From positions 17,608,001 through 17,672,000 of the forward strand of contig OZ024761.1 of NCBI GenBank assembly GCA_964016885.1: DNA of 64,000 nucleotides. The letters run 5' to 3'. This DNA comes from Eledone cirrhosa (taxonomy: Eukaryota). Numbering within the stretch: the stretch's first letter is position 1; every line of letters begins with the position of its first letter. A program made the position numbers and the translations under genes. Of the stretch, positions 26,085 to 38,820 are shown one piece after another. The notes below the pieces were generated by a model, which worked only from the letters and a program-made list of their open reading frames with translations, was not told the origin of the DNA and made no database searches.

Positions 26085-26265
26085 CAATACATTGGTAGAG
26101 TATAAACATTTTTTATTTTATATAGAAATGACTTCTACGAGACTAGAACTGTTTCATTCGTATGAAATTATCAAGATTATTCCTGATGATTTCATACGAA
26201 TGAAACAGTTCTAGTCTTGTAGATGTCATTTTTATATAAAATAATGTATGTATTGAGTACTTTAC
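26085..26265. mobile_element. Hairpin Penelope-like terminal repeat fragment
   Basis: Inverted arms around 26175 (GACTAGAACTGTTTCATTCGTATGAAAT and its reverse complement). Related sequence at 12535-12720, 31070-31180 and 39795-39930. Confidence 0.6.
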
Positions 26266-26489
26266 TTACTGTGATCACCCTTGATTGAACCTTGGACACT
26301 CTCTTGCACACACACAAATATATATCTCTATATATATACACACCCTGATCCTTTTACTGGTGTCAGACTGCGGCCATGCTGGTGCACTGCCTTGAAAAGA
26401 ATTAGTTGATCATATCGACCCCAGAAATAATTGTATCGATGTCTTTTTGTCGAAGCGCTAAGTTACGGGGGAAAACAGTAAATGTAAAA

Positions 26490-26533
<44 letters not shown>

Positions 26534-28329
26534 CCTTTGCATCTTGACGTATGCCAGCCAGCTGAATGAACTTTGGAGGGAAAACTTTTGTTTGTTTATT
26601 TTTTAAAAACTTGTTCATAGGAGTTACTTCCCTTGCCTCTCTGTTGGGCGAGTTTGTTAGTCACGTTTAACGTAGCTAGAGTTTCCCTGCGGGCAGGCAG
26701 TGTACAGTGTTTAAGTACTCATGATATGCCTGATTAAAATAAACTTTCAAAATTTCTAAATGGTTTCCTAATCTACAGGAATAATCGTCTAATATTTTTA
26801 TAACAAGGCGGTACATTGACAGAGGAGTCGTTAGAAGCTCGGATAGAATACTTTGCGATATTTGTTTCAGCTCTCTACTCTCTCAGTTCAAATCCCGCCG
26901 GGGTCAACTTTGCCTTTCATCCATTCGAGCTTGATAAAAAAAAGTACCTGTGAAGTACTTCTGTGGGGTGGAGGTGGGTCATTCAGATAAAAAGGGACCT
27001 TGGTAGTGAAAAGTATTGGAAATTACTGAACTGTTATCAAATCTCTAACAGTGGAGACTGTAGTTAGTGTTTAGCCCCAGGTCAGCTTGGCTATGGGACA
27101 GACCTATGGTAAAAAAAAACATTCCAACCACGACCATCTCGTCTTTTCAGTAGTATTCAGGATAGGAAAGCTATAATATACATGGAAATATGGAGTTTGT
27201 AGTTGTTGTTAGTCCCAGGTCAGCTGGCAATGGGACAAACCTATGGTCAAATAAGTTCCAGCTATGACCATCTCATTTATTAACCCTTTAGCATTTACAT
27301 TACTCTATATTTACTATTATATTTTCATGGTAAAGGCTTTACCTCACCTACTTATCTCACATAATAGTGAATCTATGAGATTTTGAGAACAATATCTTAA
27401 CATCAGTATGAGTGGCTGATTACAGCCAGTTTCAACAGAAAGAGGTGAGAGAATTCTGGCTGGTTTAAATACTACAGGGTTAAGGAGTATTTAGGACAGC
27501 AAAACATTAATAGATATGTAACCATAGAGATTGTAGTTGTTGTTTAGCCCCAGGTAATCTTGGCTATGGAGCAGACATGATCTGTCTTTTTAGGGGTATC
27601 CTTTGCATTAATAGACCTGGAAATAATGGAGTATTAAATGCCTTGTAGTATTGTTTCGATTCTTGATGTTCTGAGATCATCCCTCCAAAGATAACTTTCA
27701 TCCTTTTAGGATAAAAAAAATAAAGTATTAGTCTGTAGTAACCTCAAGTAAGGTCTAAAGTTTGTCTTGAGCCTGGAGGCTCATCAGGCTGGTGCTTATC
27801 CTGGTTTCCACAGGATGAAACCACTGAGAGTACAAGACTTTCCCCTGGATAGGATGCCAGTCCATCACAGGATTATATAGAATAAATTTTAAGTTAAAGT
27901 CCGTTCCAAACTCCTGGGGCTCTTTGGGTGAGTGCTCATCCTGGTTTCCATGACGTGAAGTGACTGATAGTACATGACTGCTCCCTGGACAGTATGGCAG
28001 TCCATTGCAGGGTTAAACCCCCAGCTACTGATGGTACTCATTTTCAGCTGAGTACACTGGAGTGACATGTAATGAAGTGTTTTGCTGAAGAACACAATAC
28101 ACAACCGAGTTCTGGAATTAAACCCACTACATTATGATCCGAAGTTCAACACCTTTACCATAAGTCCATGTGTCTCCACTCCCAACTGAGGGATCTTCCA
28201 TTAAATTTAACAGCAGTGTGGATTCCAAAACAATTTAGGGGATTCAGATGACCAATTTTCCCTCTAATTTTCCTCAATCACTGAGTGAGATGTTTGATGC
28301 TTTCGGCAAAAATATTTAAAATACAAAAC

Positions 28330-28670
28330 CACTGCATATTTTGATGTGTGCAGCAACATTACACCTGCCAAATTACTGCACATTTTGATGTGTGCAGCTA
28401 CATTAGTTACCAAATCTACTGCACATTTTGATGTGTGCAGCTACATTAGTTACCAAATCTACTGCACATTTTAATGTGTCCAGCTACATTAGTTACCAAA
28501 TCTACTGCACATTTTAATGTGTGCAGCTACATTACAGTTGCCAAATCTACTGCACATTTTGATGTGTGCAGCTACATTACACCTAACAAAAAACCTGTCC
28601 ATTTAGATGTGTGCAGCTATATTACAACTGCTGAAGCTTTTGCAGGAATCTTTTGATATGTGCAGCACTC
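28330..28670. repeat. 43-bp minisatellite, ~8 copies
   Basis: TACTGCACATTTTGATGTGTGCAGCTACATTAGTTACCAAATC. Confidence 0.9.
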
Positions 28671-29329
28671 TTACAGTGACAGCTCAACTGCACAGCTTAT
28701 AGGGAATGTTGCAGCTGACCCATCAGGAATAGTCACCCTTTCTTAGGGCCGTTGGGGTAGAGTCCTCAGATGCACCTTCCGGAGAGTTCTATCACAAACA
28801 GCCATCTCCAAAGGATCAGGTTGGATGCCCAAGTGGTTCTAACAGAAGTTATGGATGTTATTCAGCTATCTTGCTCATATGTGGTCTACCCATGGGTCTC
28901 CTGTCTATTGGCTTTGCCCATAAAATCTGTCCTTCGATTCTTTCTTTAGACATTCTAGCCACATGTCCATAGTACTGGCGCTGTCATCTCTCGATGCAGA
29001 GAAGTAGCGGCTCTACCTGGAGTGACTCTCTCATCTCCGAGTTGGTGGCATGCTTAAAACATCCAACAGAATGGGGCAATGGTTAAATACATCTGACAAG
29101 AAAATAAAAATCACCACCATCCCCACAAATACCACCTCCAATAACAACAACACAATTGTTAAGATGAGGGGGGAGTATAGTGACTTAAATGACAGGGAAA
29201 TAGAATGAGAGATAAAGAGAGAGAGAGAGGAGAAGACATAGATACAGACAGGAGCAAGGTATTGTCACCCCAACCCAGATAGTAGATGTCACATCATCAT
29301 CATCATCAAGTGTAACTACAAAGCCATCA

Positions 29330-30200
29330 AATTACTGGTCACAGAAAAGCTTATAAAGTTCATCAGAACCAGAAGCCAAATGGATGTAGTTTGAATTTGT
29401 GCCAGTTAGAGGGTAGTGGCACTACTGATGCCATGTTCCTAGTGAGACAGCCACAAAAGAAGTACTTAGCTAGGAACAAGCCCTTATATTTGACAGGGCC
29501 CCATTTTCTTATCTACAAAGGAAGCTATGGAGTAGATGAATGAATTATAAGGGCTGTACCACCCTTTGTATATGGTCCTATGGTCTAGGATCTGGTGGAT
29601 GTTAAGGGAGCTAGGGGTAGATGGATGGATTGTAGGAGCTGTACCACCCTTGTATAGGGTCCCATGGTCAAGGATCTGATGGATGTTAAAGGAGCTAGGG
29701 GTAGATGAATGGATTGTAGGAACTGTACCACCCTTGTTTAGGGTCCCATGGTCGAGGATCTGGTGGATTTTAAGGGAGCTAGGGGTAGATGAATGGATTG
29801 TAAGGGCTGTACAACCCATGTATAGAGTTCCATGGTCTATGATCTGGTGGATGTTAAAGGTGCTAGGGGTAGACACAAACTGTAAGGGCTGTACTACCCT
29901 TGTATAGAGGCCCATGCTCTATGATCTAGTGAATGTTAAGGGAGCTAAGGGCAGATGAATGGCTTGTAGGGGTTGTTCAAATGATGTACAGAGGCACAGT
30001 CAACAAAGTGATAGTCAAGAATGAGTAAAACAACAAATTTAGCAATTAGGGGCCCATCAAGGCTCAGTGGTCAGTCATCAGTCCTTAGCAAAGGAGTTTA
30101 CGACTGGCTGTCCATGGGAGGAAATCCTGTATATAGATGACCTAGTTCTCATAGCTAAATCCCTAGAAGAGTTAGAGATGAAATTCCAGACATGGAACCG
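29330..30200 (+). mobile_element. Degenerate RTE RT fragment with an internal ~85-bp tandem amplification
   Basis: GTTDAMFLVRQ..KKYLARNKPLY, then about 5 copies of the VP.S.IWW.LRELGVDEWIVRAV segment, then GCPWEEILYIDDLVLIA. Confidence 0.8.
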
Positions 30201-31024
30201 ATGGGAAGCTGGACTTGAAGGAAAGACAGGTTTAGAAAGAGAGAAATGCTAACACATACACACTCATACATATATACGTAGATGTGTATGTGTATTTTTT
30301 CTGATTCTGCCCTGCTCGTCCCTCCAATCTTTCTAATTTCTCATTCTTTCTTCCGATGAAGGACTAGCGTCCGAAACGTTAAGACCCTCTTCCTGGTATT
30401 TCAAGCGTTAAACTAATATATTCCTTCCATATACTGTACTGATTGTGTTGTTATTTCTGTTTACCTTTTAAATACATACACACACACACACACATACATA
30501 CATACATACATATATATATATACACACACATACACACACACACGGCGTGCCGAGTAGAGTGGAATGTAGTTTTATCGGAAGTACAAATGATATTGTAAAC
30601 ATGTAAGATGTTGACTTCCGATAAATAGCATCCACACACACATACATGCATGCATCAAAACACACACATATATTCACACATGCATACATACACACATACC
30701 ACACACATATACATACATACATGTGCACACATACATATGACGAAATAACGGCTGTCTATTATACAACATACGTCGTTCGATCCCAGCAGGCGGCTGTGTC
30801 ACATATCTTTTTGTTACATTTCATGTCTATAAATGTCTTGCACAACTGTCATAAAACATTTCAAATCAGAGAGAGGAGACCATCTTATATATATATTATT
30901 TATTTATGTCCATACACGGAACAAAGGCGCTACCCAAGTTTTCAAGGCCCAAATTTGACCGTGCCCCCAGAAAACAAGAAACGTCAAAATAGTGAGTTTT
31001 CTGCGGGTGCTCATACGAGTTTTG

Positions 31025-31066
<42 letters not shown>

Positions 31067-32547
31067 GTTAAACTGGTCATCAGACAAGTTCTTGTCTGAT
31101 GATCCTGTGAGAAGCAGGTGAAACTCCGGAGTAATAAGACTCACTATTTTTACCCTTAATAAAATGAATATCTAAACACTGGTCAACTACATACGGATAT
31201 ATATATATATATATATATTATTCAAGTAAAGAAACATTGGTTGATCAATTAATCGACCGATTGTTATTTAAACAGACGTAATGTACTCCACGATGTGGAT
31301 CTTTTAAAGTATTATTAATAAGGTATATATATATAGAAATTAATGTGAGCAAGAAGCCAACAGTATTTCATAATATATATATATATATTATATATAAATG
31401 AAAATATAGAAATTAATGTGAGCAAGAAGCCAACAGTATTTCATAATATATATATATATATAATTGTTTCTACTTTTGGCACAAGGCCAGCAAAATTATC
31501 CCAGTGTATAATGCTTACATATATGCATGGATGCTAGTTGTTTCCTGTTATGCATTCTTAGCTTTTGATGCCATTGTTCCTTCGAATTTCAGAGTTTGTT
31601 CTTTGTTTAAATAAATAAAAATCACCGCCTCCAGCAACAACAATAACACAATTATTCAGATGGGGGTTGGGTGGAGTGTAGTGGCTTAAATGACAGGGAA
31701 ATAGAACGAGAGCGATAAAGAGAGAGAAGGGTACATAGATACAGACAGGAGTGAGGTATGGTATGCTATCTATATACCCACTTTTTACAACGGAGTCTGT
31801 GACACATAAAGTTTTCGGTAAGGGAAGCTGACGAAAGAATGGAAAGGAACTGAACTGAACTGAGCTTGGAAGTGGTGGAGAAAGGAAAGGAAAGGAAAGG
31901 ATGGCGATGTATTCGCTAGTCAGATTTCTTTTTTTTTCGGTGGGGTGATACGGGGGTAATTGTTGTTGTTGTTATTTCTGCTAGCGAAAGAGCTGCTGTG
32001 ATACAATAACAGGAAGTGAGGAGGAGGAAGAAGCTGCGCTAAGCAAATTAAATATTGGCAGGCGAAGGTAGTTGTTGTTGATGGTGGTGAAAATGATGAG
32101 GGTGTGGTTGTGGGTGAACAGAAAGAGTGTGTGTGAGAGGGAGAAATAAGATAAAATAAAATAAAATATTTAAAAAAAATAATTGTTTAGATTTACCTCC
32201 CTTTGCAGTATGTAACAATTATCACGACGAAGGAAGGTTGTATTTTGTTATAGTAATATATAGCACACTGCCTGTCTTCCTCTCCTCCCCTCTGTCAGTG
32301 TGGGGTCATCAGATTTCAGTGGTGGGAGTGTATATTGTCGGAACACTTCCTTTTATTATTTACTTATGCAGTGATCGATCTAGCGAAATATTCGAATGCC
32401 CGTGGGGATTGTGAATGCTTAGTAATTTAGGTTTCTAAAGCCTATCCTAAAATCGCCAGCCTTTTCTGCTGGCCATGGTGCTTGTATTTCCGGCGACCAC
32501 GTTCGGCAATGTTCGCGTTACCTCGGAAATACATTGTCAACACAAAG

Positions 32548-32563
32548 ATGGAAGCCGAACATG
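32548..32563 (+). CDS. Candidate upstream mini-exon of PTPN14/21 (MEAEH-)
   Basis: AAGATGG start and G|gtatgt donor. A branch-point-like CTGACTAAAC near 32668 and an acceptor ttag| at 32701/32702 would join it in frame to the long ORF. Confidence 0.35.
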
Positions 32564-32730
32564 GTATGTAGAGGAGAAGATTTTGTTCTTTTCTTTTCTA
32601 TTCGGCTGAGCTTATCTCTTCATCTGTTCGTTCGAGAAGCTATCGAAACGGCCAACCACGGCGACTTCTGACTAAACGACTACTTTAAAACTATTCGTTA
32701 GATGAATGTGGTAGTAACTTGAGTGCGAAA

Positions 32731-35700
32731 ATGCCGTTTAATTTCAAGTTGAAGCGTACGAAACGCTATGAGGTCTCGTCAAAGTACGAGTTTGTTGTTG
32801 GTGTGCACATGCTGGACAACTCATATTTGGAATGTTCCCTGAAAGCGGACAGCACTGGACACGACTGTCTCGGAACTATCGCCCATATGTTGAAACTGGA
32901 AGAGTACGAATACTTCGGATTTCGTTACGTGACCAAAAAACTTCAGTTTCACTGGATTAACTTGGATAAAGCTCTGAAGAAGCAATTGGATAAACACGCT
33001 CACATCCCACGTTTATACTTCGGTGTGATGTTCTACATCTCGACTGCCCACAGGATCGACGACAACAGGGCCAGATACAACTACTTTTTACAATTGAAAT
33101 CCGACGTGTTAGACAGCCGAATCTCGTGTTCCAGCGAACAGGCCATCAGACTGGCTGCCTACTATCTCCAGGCCGAAATAGGGCACCATGATTCGGAACA
33201 GCACACGGTGGAGATGTTTCGAGACGTACAGATTCTTCCGAAACACATGACAAAGGACGAAAGCATCACATCCGATCTCCTACAGGACGTACTTTTCCTA
33301 CACAATAGTTTGATCGGGTTACACCCTGCCATCGCTGTTATACACTACATTAAACTAGCTCAAACTCTCGACGGATACGGTATGGAATATTACGCTGCTA
33401 AGGATGATTCTGGTAAGGAACTATATTTAGGAACCTCCAGTAATGGTATTTTTGCTCGTTATCTTAACGGCCAGCAAGCTTTGTCATTTCGCTGGTCAGT
33501 TATCGCTCACATTGGCCAGAATAAAAAATGTGTTGTTATCGATACCCAAAAAACTTCGATACAATATTATTTAGAAGACACGGAAATGGCTAAATACTTC
33601 CAGCAAATCGCCTGTCTTTTACAGAAGTTTTACAAATCTTTCAAACCAAATACCAGCTGCAGTTTGACCGATTTAAGTGACATGGGGTCGATAAGTTCGG
33701 CTCAGGATTTCCAGGTGGCCCCCACTAATGCCCAGTCAGAGACTGTCGATGCTGCTGACCTAAACACTGCTATATATTCCCACAGTCCCAACTATACAAC
33801 TGAGGTACAGCCCGGGATGACGAAAGACAACTACTGTCTCCCTCAACCGGGTGTCGATGGTTTCGTCCCCGACCTCGTCGCACAGCACTACGTTAACCAG
33901 ACATTGGACCCAGCCCACCAAGTAGCAAACAACAACATGTCCTATCCAGCCCAAATCTCCACTCCTCCATTAGCACAGCAAGTGTCATCTCAACAACAAC
34001 AGGACCTCAACTACCGTCAGGCCTTGCTTCCGGCTTACCGTCCCAGTCCTGACTACAATCAACTGATGCGACAGCGCATTGACAATTCTCTACAGATCAA
34101 CAATGCCTCCTCCACTCCCCACCAGTCTCAGCCGGTTTATACAACTGCTATAACAACACCAGTTGTTCTGCCACAGCAAGTAGTCACTACTCTCGCCAGC
34201 TACACAGACAACATGCCTCACTATGCCAACATCATACAACAGCAGGACTCCAGATACATGGAGTACCAGACTAACCCCTGGTACAACAACTTCATAGTGA
34301 AGCCGACACACAGTTCGCCCGAGCTGACCACTGTCGCCACCCAGGGAATGCCCAGTCATGACTATATAGCCGAAGACTACGTGCACGACAAGGTCTACTT
34401 CAAACCTCCTTCCCCGCCACCGCCGTACCCCCGGGTCAGCAGCAGCACACCCGACCTGGCTGCCCAGACTGTGCAGACCAACATCAACTATAGCCCGGAC
34501 TTGGTCTCGCGCAAAAACCTCGGCCCCATCTCTTTTGCCGTCCAGTCGAAACTCGACAAGAGCCTCGAGAACCTTGCTGCCGCAGTGAATGAGGTGAACG
34601 CATCTGATGCAGACAGCCTGTGCAGCTGCAATTCAAATCAAACCGGTGGCTGCAGTAGCACCAAAGACACAGACAAAGACTTCGAAGACCAGCCGATACC
34701 AAGTGAAATTGAAAAAAACAACATCCATGTCCGATACATTGCTCCTGAAGAGGCTCCCCCTCCATCGAAATCAAAGGAAGTGGCCACGCTACGTGAGAGT
34801 TTCAGGAGAATGATGATAGCAAGGTCCAGCCCAGCTTGCCTCGGTCGCTTTAAAGAGAAAGCAAAGAAAAGCAGGCAAGATCAGATACAAGAAGATGACG
34901 ACGACGATGATGATGACGATGAGATTATTGTTGCTGACAATGTGAAAAGTGATGACAAATGTGAAACTGCTTCCAGTAACTCGTCGTCGTCGACGCAACA
35001 AAACAAGGGCCCCGATGTCAAACCAACTGATGAGGTTATAGTGCCAGCAGGTCAGGATGTCGCTGATGTTGTACAAACTAACAATGCTGATGTGACAGAT
35101 CGCAGTACAGATCTTCTTAACAATAACAACAATAATAACAACAAGAACAATGGTGGAAGGGGCGATGATGATAATGTCGGGGTTGAGGGGAAGCATCGAA
35201 ACATCGGCCCATTAAAAATGGCAGCTATGAACGGACTGACCCTGTCTCGGCCCATCATTTTATCAGCAAGCGAAGATGAGAATCGTGCCCCGAAAGATGA
35301 GAGACGTAAGATGCTGGAGAGTAAACTTTCTGAAGGATGTGTCCTTGCGGAGTTTGAACAGATCGCCAAGAAGGCTCCGAACATGGATTGCAGTATTGGA
35401 TGGAGGCCGGAAAATGAATCTAAGAACCGATTCTCGGACGTCCTTCCCTATGACGAGACACGCGTGGAATTAACACCAAGCAAAAACAATGTCCTCGGTT
35501 ATATAAATGCCTCCCTCATGAAGGTGAACCTTGGAATACTGGATTGGTCCTTTATTGCTACTCAGGCCCCACTCGAGAATACAGCTCAAGATTTCTGGCA
35601 GATGGTTTGGGAACAGGAGACAGATGTGATAGCCATGTTGACCGGCATCAAAGAACAAGGGAAACAGAAGTGCTACCCATATTGGCCCCAGGAGCCGGGC

Positions 35701-36174
35701 TCTGACCACAAACTTCGGTTCGGTCGTTATGAGGTTGAGTTACAGTTCAGTAACAACTCCTGGTGTTATCTAACCAACCGTATTTCAATTAAGGACAAAT
35801 CTGCTGGAGTAGAACGACAGGTCTGGCACCTGCAATATACTGATTGGCCAGACCACGGCTGTCCAGATGACACCTACGGATTCCTTGGATTCTTGGACGA
35901 GGTTGAGTCGGTCACGCGTCTAGCTGAAAGCGAGGAGGGGAGCGGAAAGAAGTCCCCCATTGTTGTGCATTGCAGTGCTGGAGTTGGACGGACAGGGGTG
36001 GTTTTACTGGCCATTATAATGAAGTCCTGTTTGGAACACAACCTCAATGTGGATATTCCTCTTGTACTGGCCAGACTACGGCAACAACGAATGTACACCG
36101 TCCAGACTTTCGGACAATACAGCTTTGTCTACAAAACTTTGATTCGTTACTTAAAAAACACTCGCCTTATTTAG
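32731..36174 (+). CDS. PTPN14: FERM-domain protein tyrosine phosphatase PTPN14/PTPN21 (Pez) orthologue, single uninterrupted ORF
   Basis: Starts MPFNFKLKRTKRYEVSSK (PTPN14 MPFGLKLRRTRRYNVLSK). FERM domain; linker motifs PAYRPSPDY, PPPPY, SSSTPDL, SPDLVSRK, GPLKMAAMNGL; PTP domain with KNRF.DVLPY, IATQAPL, DFWQMVWEQ, WPDHGCP, VHCSAGVGRTG, QT..QY; ends TRLI*. Confidence 0.95.
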   Translation: MPFNFKLKRTKRYEVSSKYEFVVGVHMLDNSYLECSLKADSTGHDCLGTIAHMLKLEEYEYFGFRYVTKKLQFHWINLDKALKKQLDKHAHIPRLYFGVMFYISTAHRIDDNRARYNYFLQLKSDVLDSRISCSSEQAIRLAAYYLQAEIGHHDSEQHTVEMFRDVQILPKHMTKDESITSDLLQDVLFLHNSLIGLHPAIAVIHYIKLAQTLDGYGMEYYAAKDDSGKELYLGTSSNGIFARYLNGQQALSFRWSVIAHIGQNKKCVVIDTQKTSIQYYLEDTEMAKYFQQIACLLQKFYKSFKPNTSCSLTDLSDMGSISSAQDFQVAPTNAQSETVDAADLNTAIYSHSPNYTTEVQPGMTKDNYCLPQPGVDGFVPDLVAQHYVNQTLDPAHQVANNNMSYPAQISTPPLAQQVSSQQQQDLNYRQALLPAYRPSPDYNQLMRQRIDNSLQINNASSTPHQSQPVYTTAITTPVVLPQQVVTTLASYTDNMPHYANIIQQQDSRYMEYQTNPWYNNFIVKPTHSSPELTTVATQGMPSHDYIAEDYVHDKVYFKPPSPPPPYPRVSSSTPDLAAQTVQTNINYSPDLVSRKNLGPISFAVQSKLDKSLENLAAAVNEVNASDADSLCSCNSNQTGGCSSTKDTDKDFEDQPIPSEIEKNNIHVRYIAPEEAPPPSKSKEVATLRESFRRMMIARSSPACLGRFKEKAKKSRQDQIQEDDDDDDDDDEIIVADNVKSDDKCETASSNSSSSTQQNKGPDVKPTDEVIVPAGQDVADVVQTNNADVTDRSTDLLNNNNNNNNKNNGGRGDDDNVGVEGKHRNIGPLKMAAMNGLTLSRPIILSASEDENRAPKDERRKMLESKLSEGCVLAEFEQIAKKAPNMDCSIGWRPENESKNRFSDVLPYDETRVELTPSKNNVLGYINASLMKVNLGILDWSFIATQAPLENTAQDFWQMVWEQETDVIAMLTGIKEQGKQKCYPYWPQEPGSDHKLRFGRYEVELQFSNNSWCYLTNRISIKDKSAGVERQVWHLQYTDWPDHGCPDDTYGFLGFLDEVESVTRLAESEEGSGKKSPIVVHCSAGVGRTGVVLLAIIMKSCLEHNLNVDIPLVLARLRQQRMYTVQTFGQYSFVYKTLIRYLKNTRLI

Positions 36175-36224
36175 GATACTACTTAAAATTAAGTGTTAAG
36201 GTAGGTTGTGCAATGAACAATAAC

Positions 36225-36261
36225 ATGCATATATAAATAAACACATACATACATATATATA

Positions 36262-36346
<85 letters not shown>

Positions 36347-36513
36347 AAAGACATATATATATATACATGCATACATATATATGCATACATACTTATATAT
36401 ATATGCATACATACTTATATATATATGCATACATACTTATATATATATGCATACATACACATATATATATGCATACATACACATATATATATATATATAC
36501 ATACACACATATG

Positions 36514-36547
<34 letters not shown>

Positions 36548-36707
36548 TACACATATATATATATACATACACACACATATATACATATATATATATACAT
36601 ATATATACATACATATATATACATATATATACATACACATATATATACATACACATATATACATATACATCTATATATATATATATACACACACGCACAC
36701 ATACATA

Positions 36708-36745
<38 letters not shown>

Positions 36746-36872
36746 CACACACACACATATATATATACACACACACATATATATACATACACATATATAT
36801 ATATATATACATAGACACATTCATATATATGTGTGTATATATATATATGTGTGTGTGTGTGTGAATATATTT

Positions 36873-36904
<32 letters not shown>

Positions 36905-38600
36905 GATTCTCAACTCCATTAAGTACCTTAACACTGACTTGACTATTGCAATTGTTTCTGTTTGGATTTCTTTCAAGTGGATGGCGTCCCTGAGTAAAAG
37001 AAACTCAGTTATATATATATACATTCTTTGGAATACCTGGACCTTATTTTTTTTTTTTTTTTTACTCAACCTTGAAAATATGTTTTGAGTATTGTACAAT
37101 AACGCAAATAAAATAATGATAATTTAAAAAAAAAACAGCAGCAAAGACCTCATACAACAACAGAAATACAAAACTTCCCAACAATTCAACCACGACCACC
37201 ACAAAACGAAAATAAAAAAATTCCCCAGGAATGTGAAATATACCAAAAAGACGACAAACACATCTTCACTATACATGTTTTATGTGTATACATGTATATA
37301 TATATGTGTGTATACATATATATGTGTGTGTGTAAGTGTTTATGTATGTTTATGTGTGTGTGTAAGTGTTTATGTATGTTTATGTGTGTGTATGTGTGTA
37401 TATATATGTATGTATATATATATATGTGTATGTATGTATGTATATATATATGTGTGTATGTATGTATGTATATATATATGTATGTATATATATGTATATA
37501 TATATATGTATGTATATATATATGTGTATATATATATATATGTATGTTTGTATATATATGTTTGTATATATATATGTGTATATATATGTATATATATATA
37601 TATATGTGTATATATATATGTATATATATATGCATGTATGTATGTATATATATGTGTATATATATATGTATATATATATATGCATGTATGTATGTATATA
37701 TATATGTATATATATATATGCATGTATGTATGTATATATATATGTATGTATATATATATGTATAGATATATATGTATGTATAGATATTTATGTATGTATA
37801 GATGTGTGTGTGTGTGTCTGTATATGTACGTATGTATATAAATATAAATATATGCATATATATTTATATATATGTATATATATATATGTGTGTATATATA
37901 TGCACATATCTGAGTTTATATATGTTTATATGTGTATATATATATATATATATACACATTTTTACTCCATAGATTTGGAATATATATAATATATACAACA
38001 ATGTTTTAAAGTATTTTTTAACAATTTTACAGTCTCAACAATCCTTTTTTATTTGATCTTTTTAAAAAATTTCTTTCTTTTTCTGAATTTTTGAAATATT
38101 TGCTGCAATTTTTCATGTATTGTTTTTGGTGGTGGAGGCGTTGGTAGTGATGGTTGGGGGTGGAGTGACCCCTCCCCTAACACACGTACACCATCACTAC
38201 CATCAACCCTCACTCCCTGCTACAAACACACCAATTCACTCCACTCCAATCCCATCCCACCTGACCATTTAATTTATTCTTTGTTATTACTTTTTGTGTT
38301 GGTCATGTAAGGATTTCTTGTCATATTTGTCACTAATTTCTTGGTAGATATATGTGTGTGTATGTGTATATATATGTGTGTGTGTGTAGAGATAGATTGA
38401 TATGTGTATATGTCTATGTGTATGTGTATGTGTTTGTGTGTATTTATGTATGTGTATATATATATATATATAAATGTGTATAGGTATATTATGTGTGTAT
38501 ATATCTCTATATATATGTGTGTGTGTGTGTGTATATATATATATTTATATATGTATGTATATATCTATATATATATGTGTGTATATGTATATATGTATAT

Positions 38601-38636
<36 letters not shown>

Positions 38637-38820
38637 GTGTGTATGTATATATGTATATATATATATGCGTGTATATATATGTGTGTGTGTATATATATAT
38701 GTGTGTGTATATATATGTGTGTGTGTATATATATATGTGTGTGTATATATATATGTGTGTGTGTATATATATGTGTGTGTATATATATATGTGTGTGTGT
38801 GTGTGTCTATATCTCTCTCT
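36225..38820. repeat. Long compound (TA/CA/TG) microsatellite fields immediately 3' of PTPN14/21
   Basis: Three blocks at about 36225-36905, 37275-37960 and 38345-38820. Confidence 0.95.

Noticed and set aside
26183-26213. CUGAUGA...GAAAC motif (similar ones at 49486-49516 minus and ~52205-52230 minus)
   Set aside because: Core boxes are present but I could not draw convincing stems I and III, so these were not called as ribozymes.
32719-32730. TTG start given by the ORF track
   Set aside because: Eukaryotic gene; homology begins at the ATG at 32731 (MPF...).
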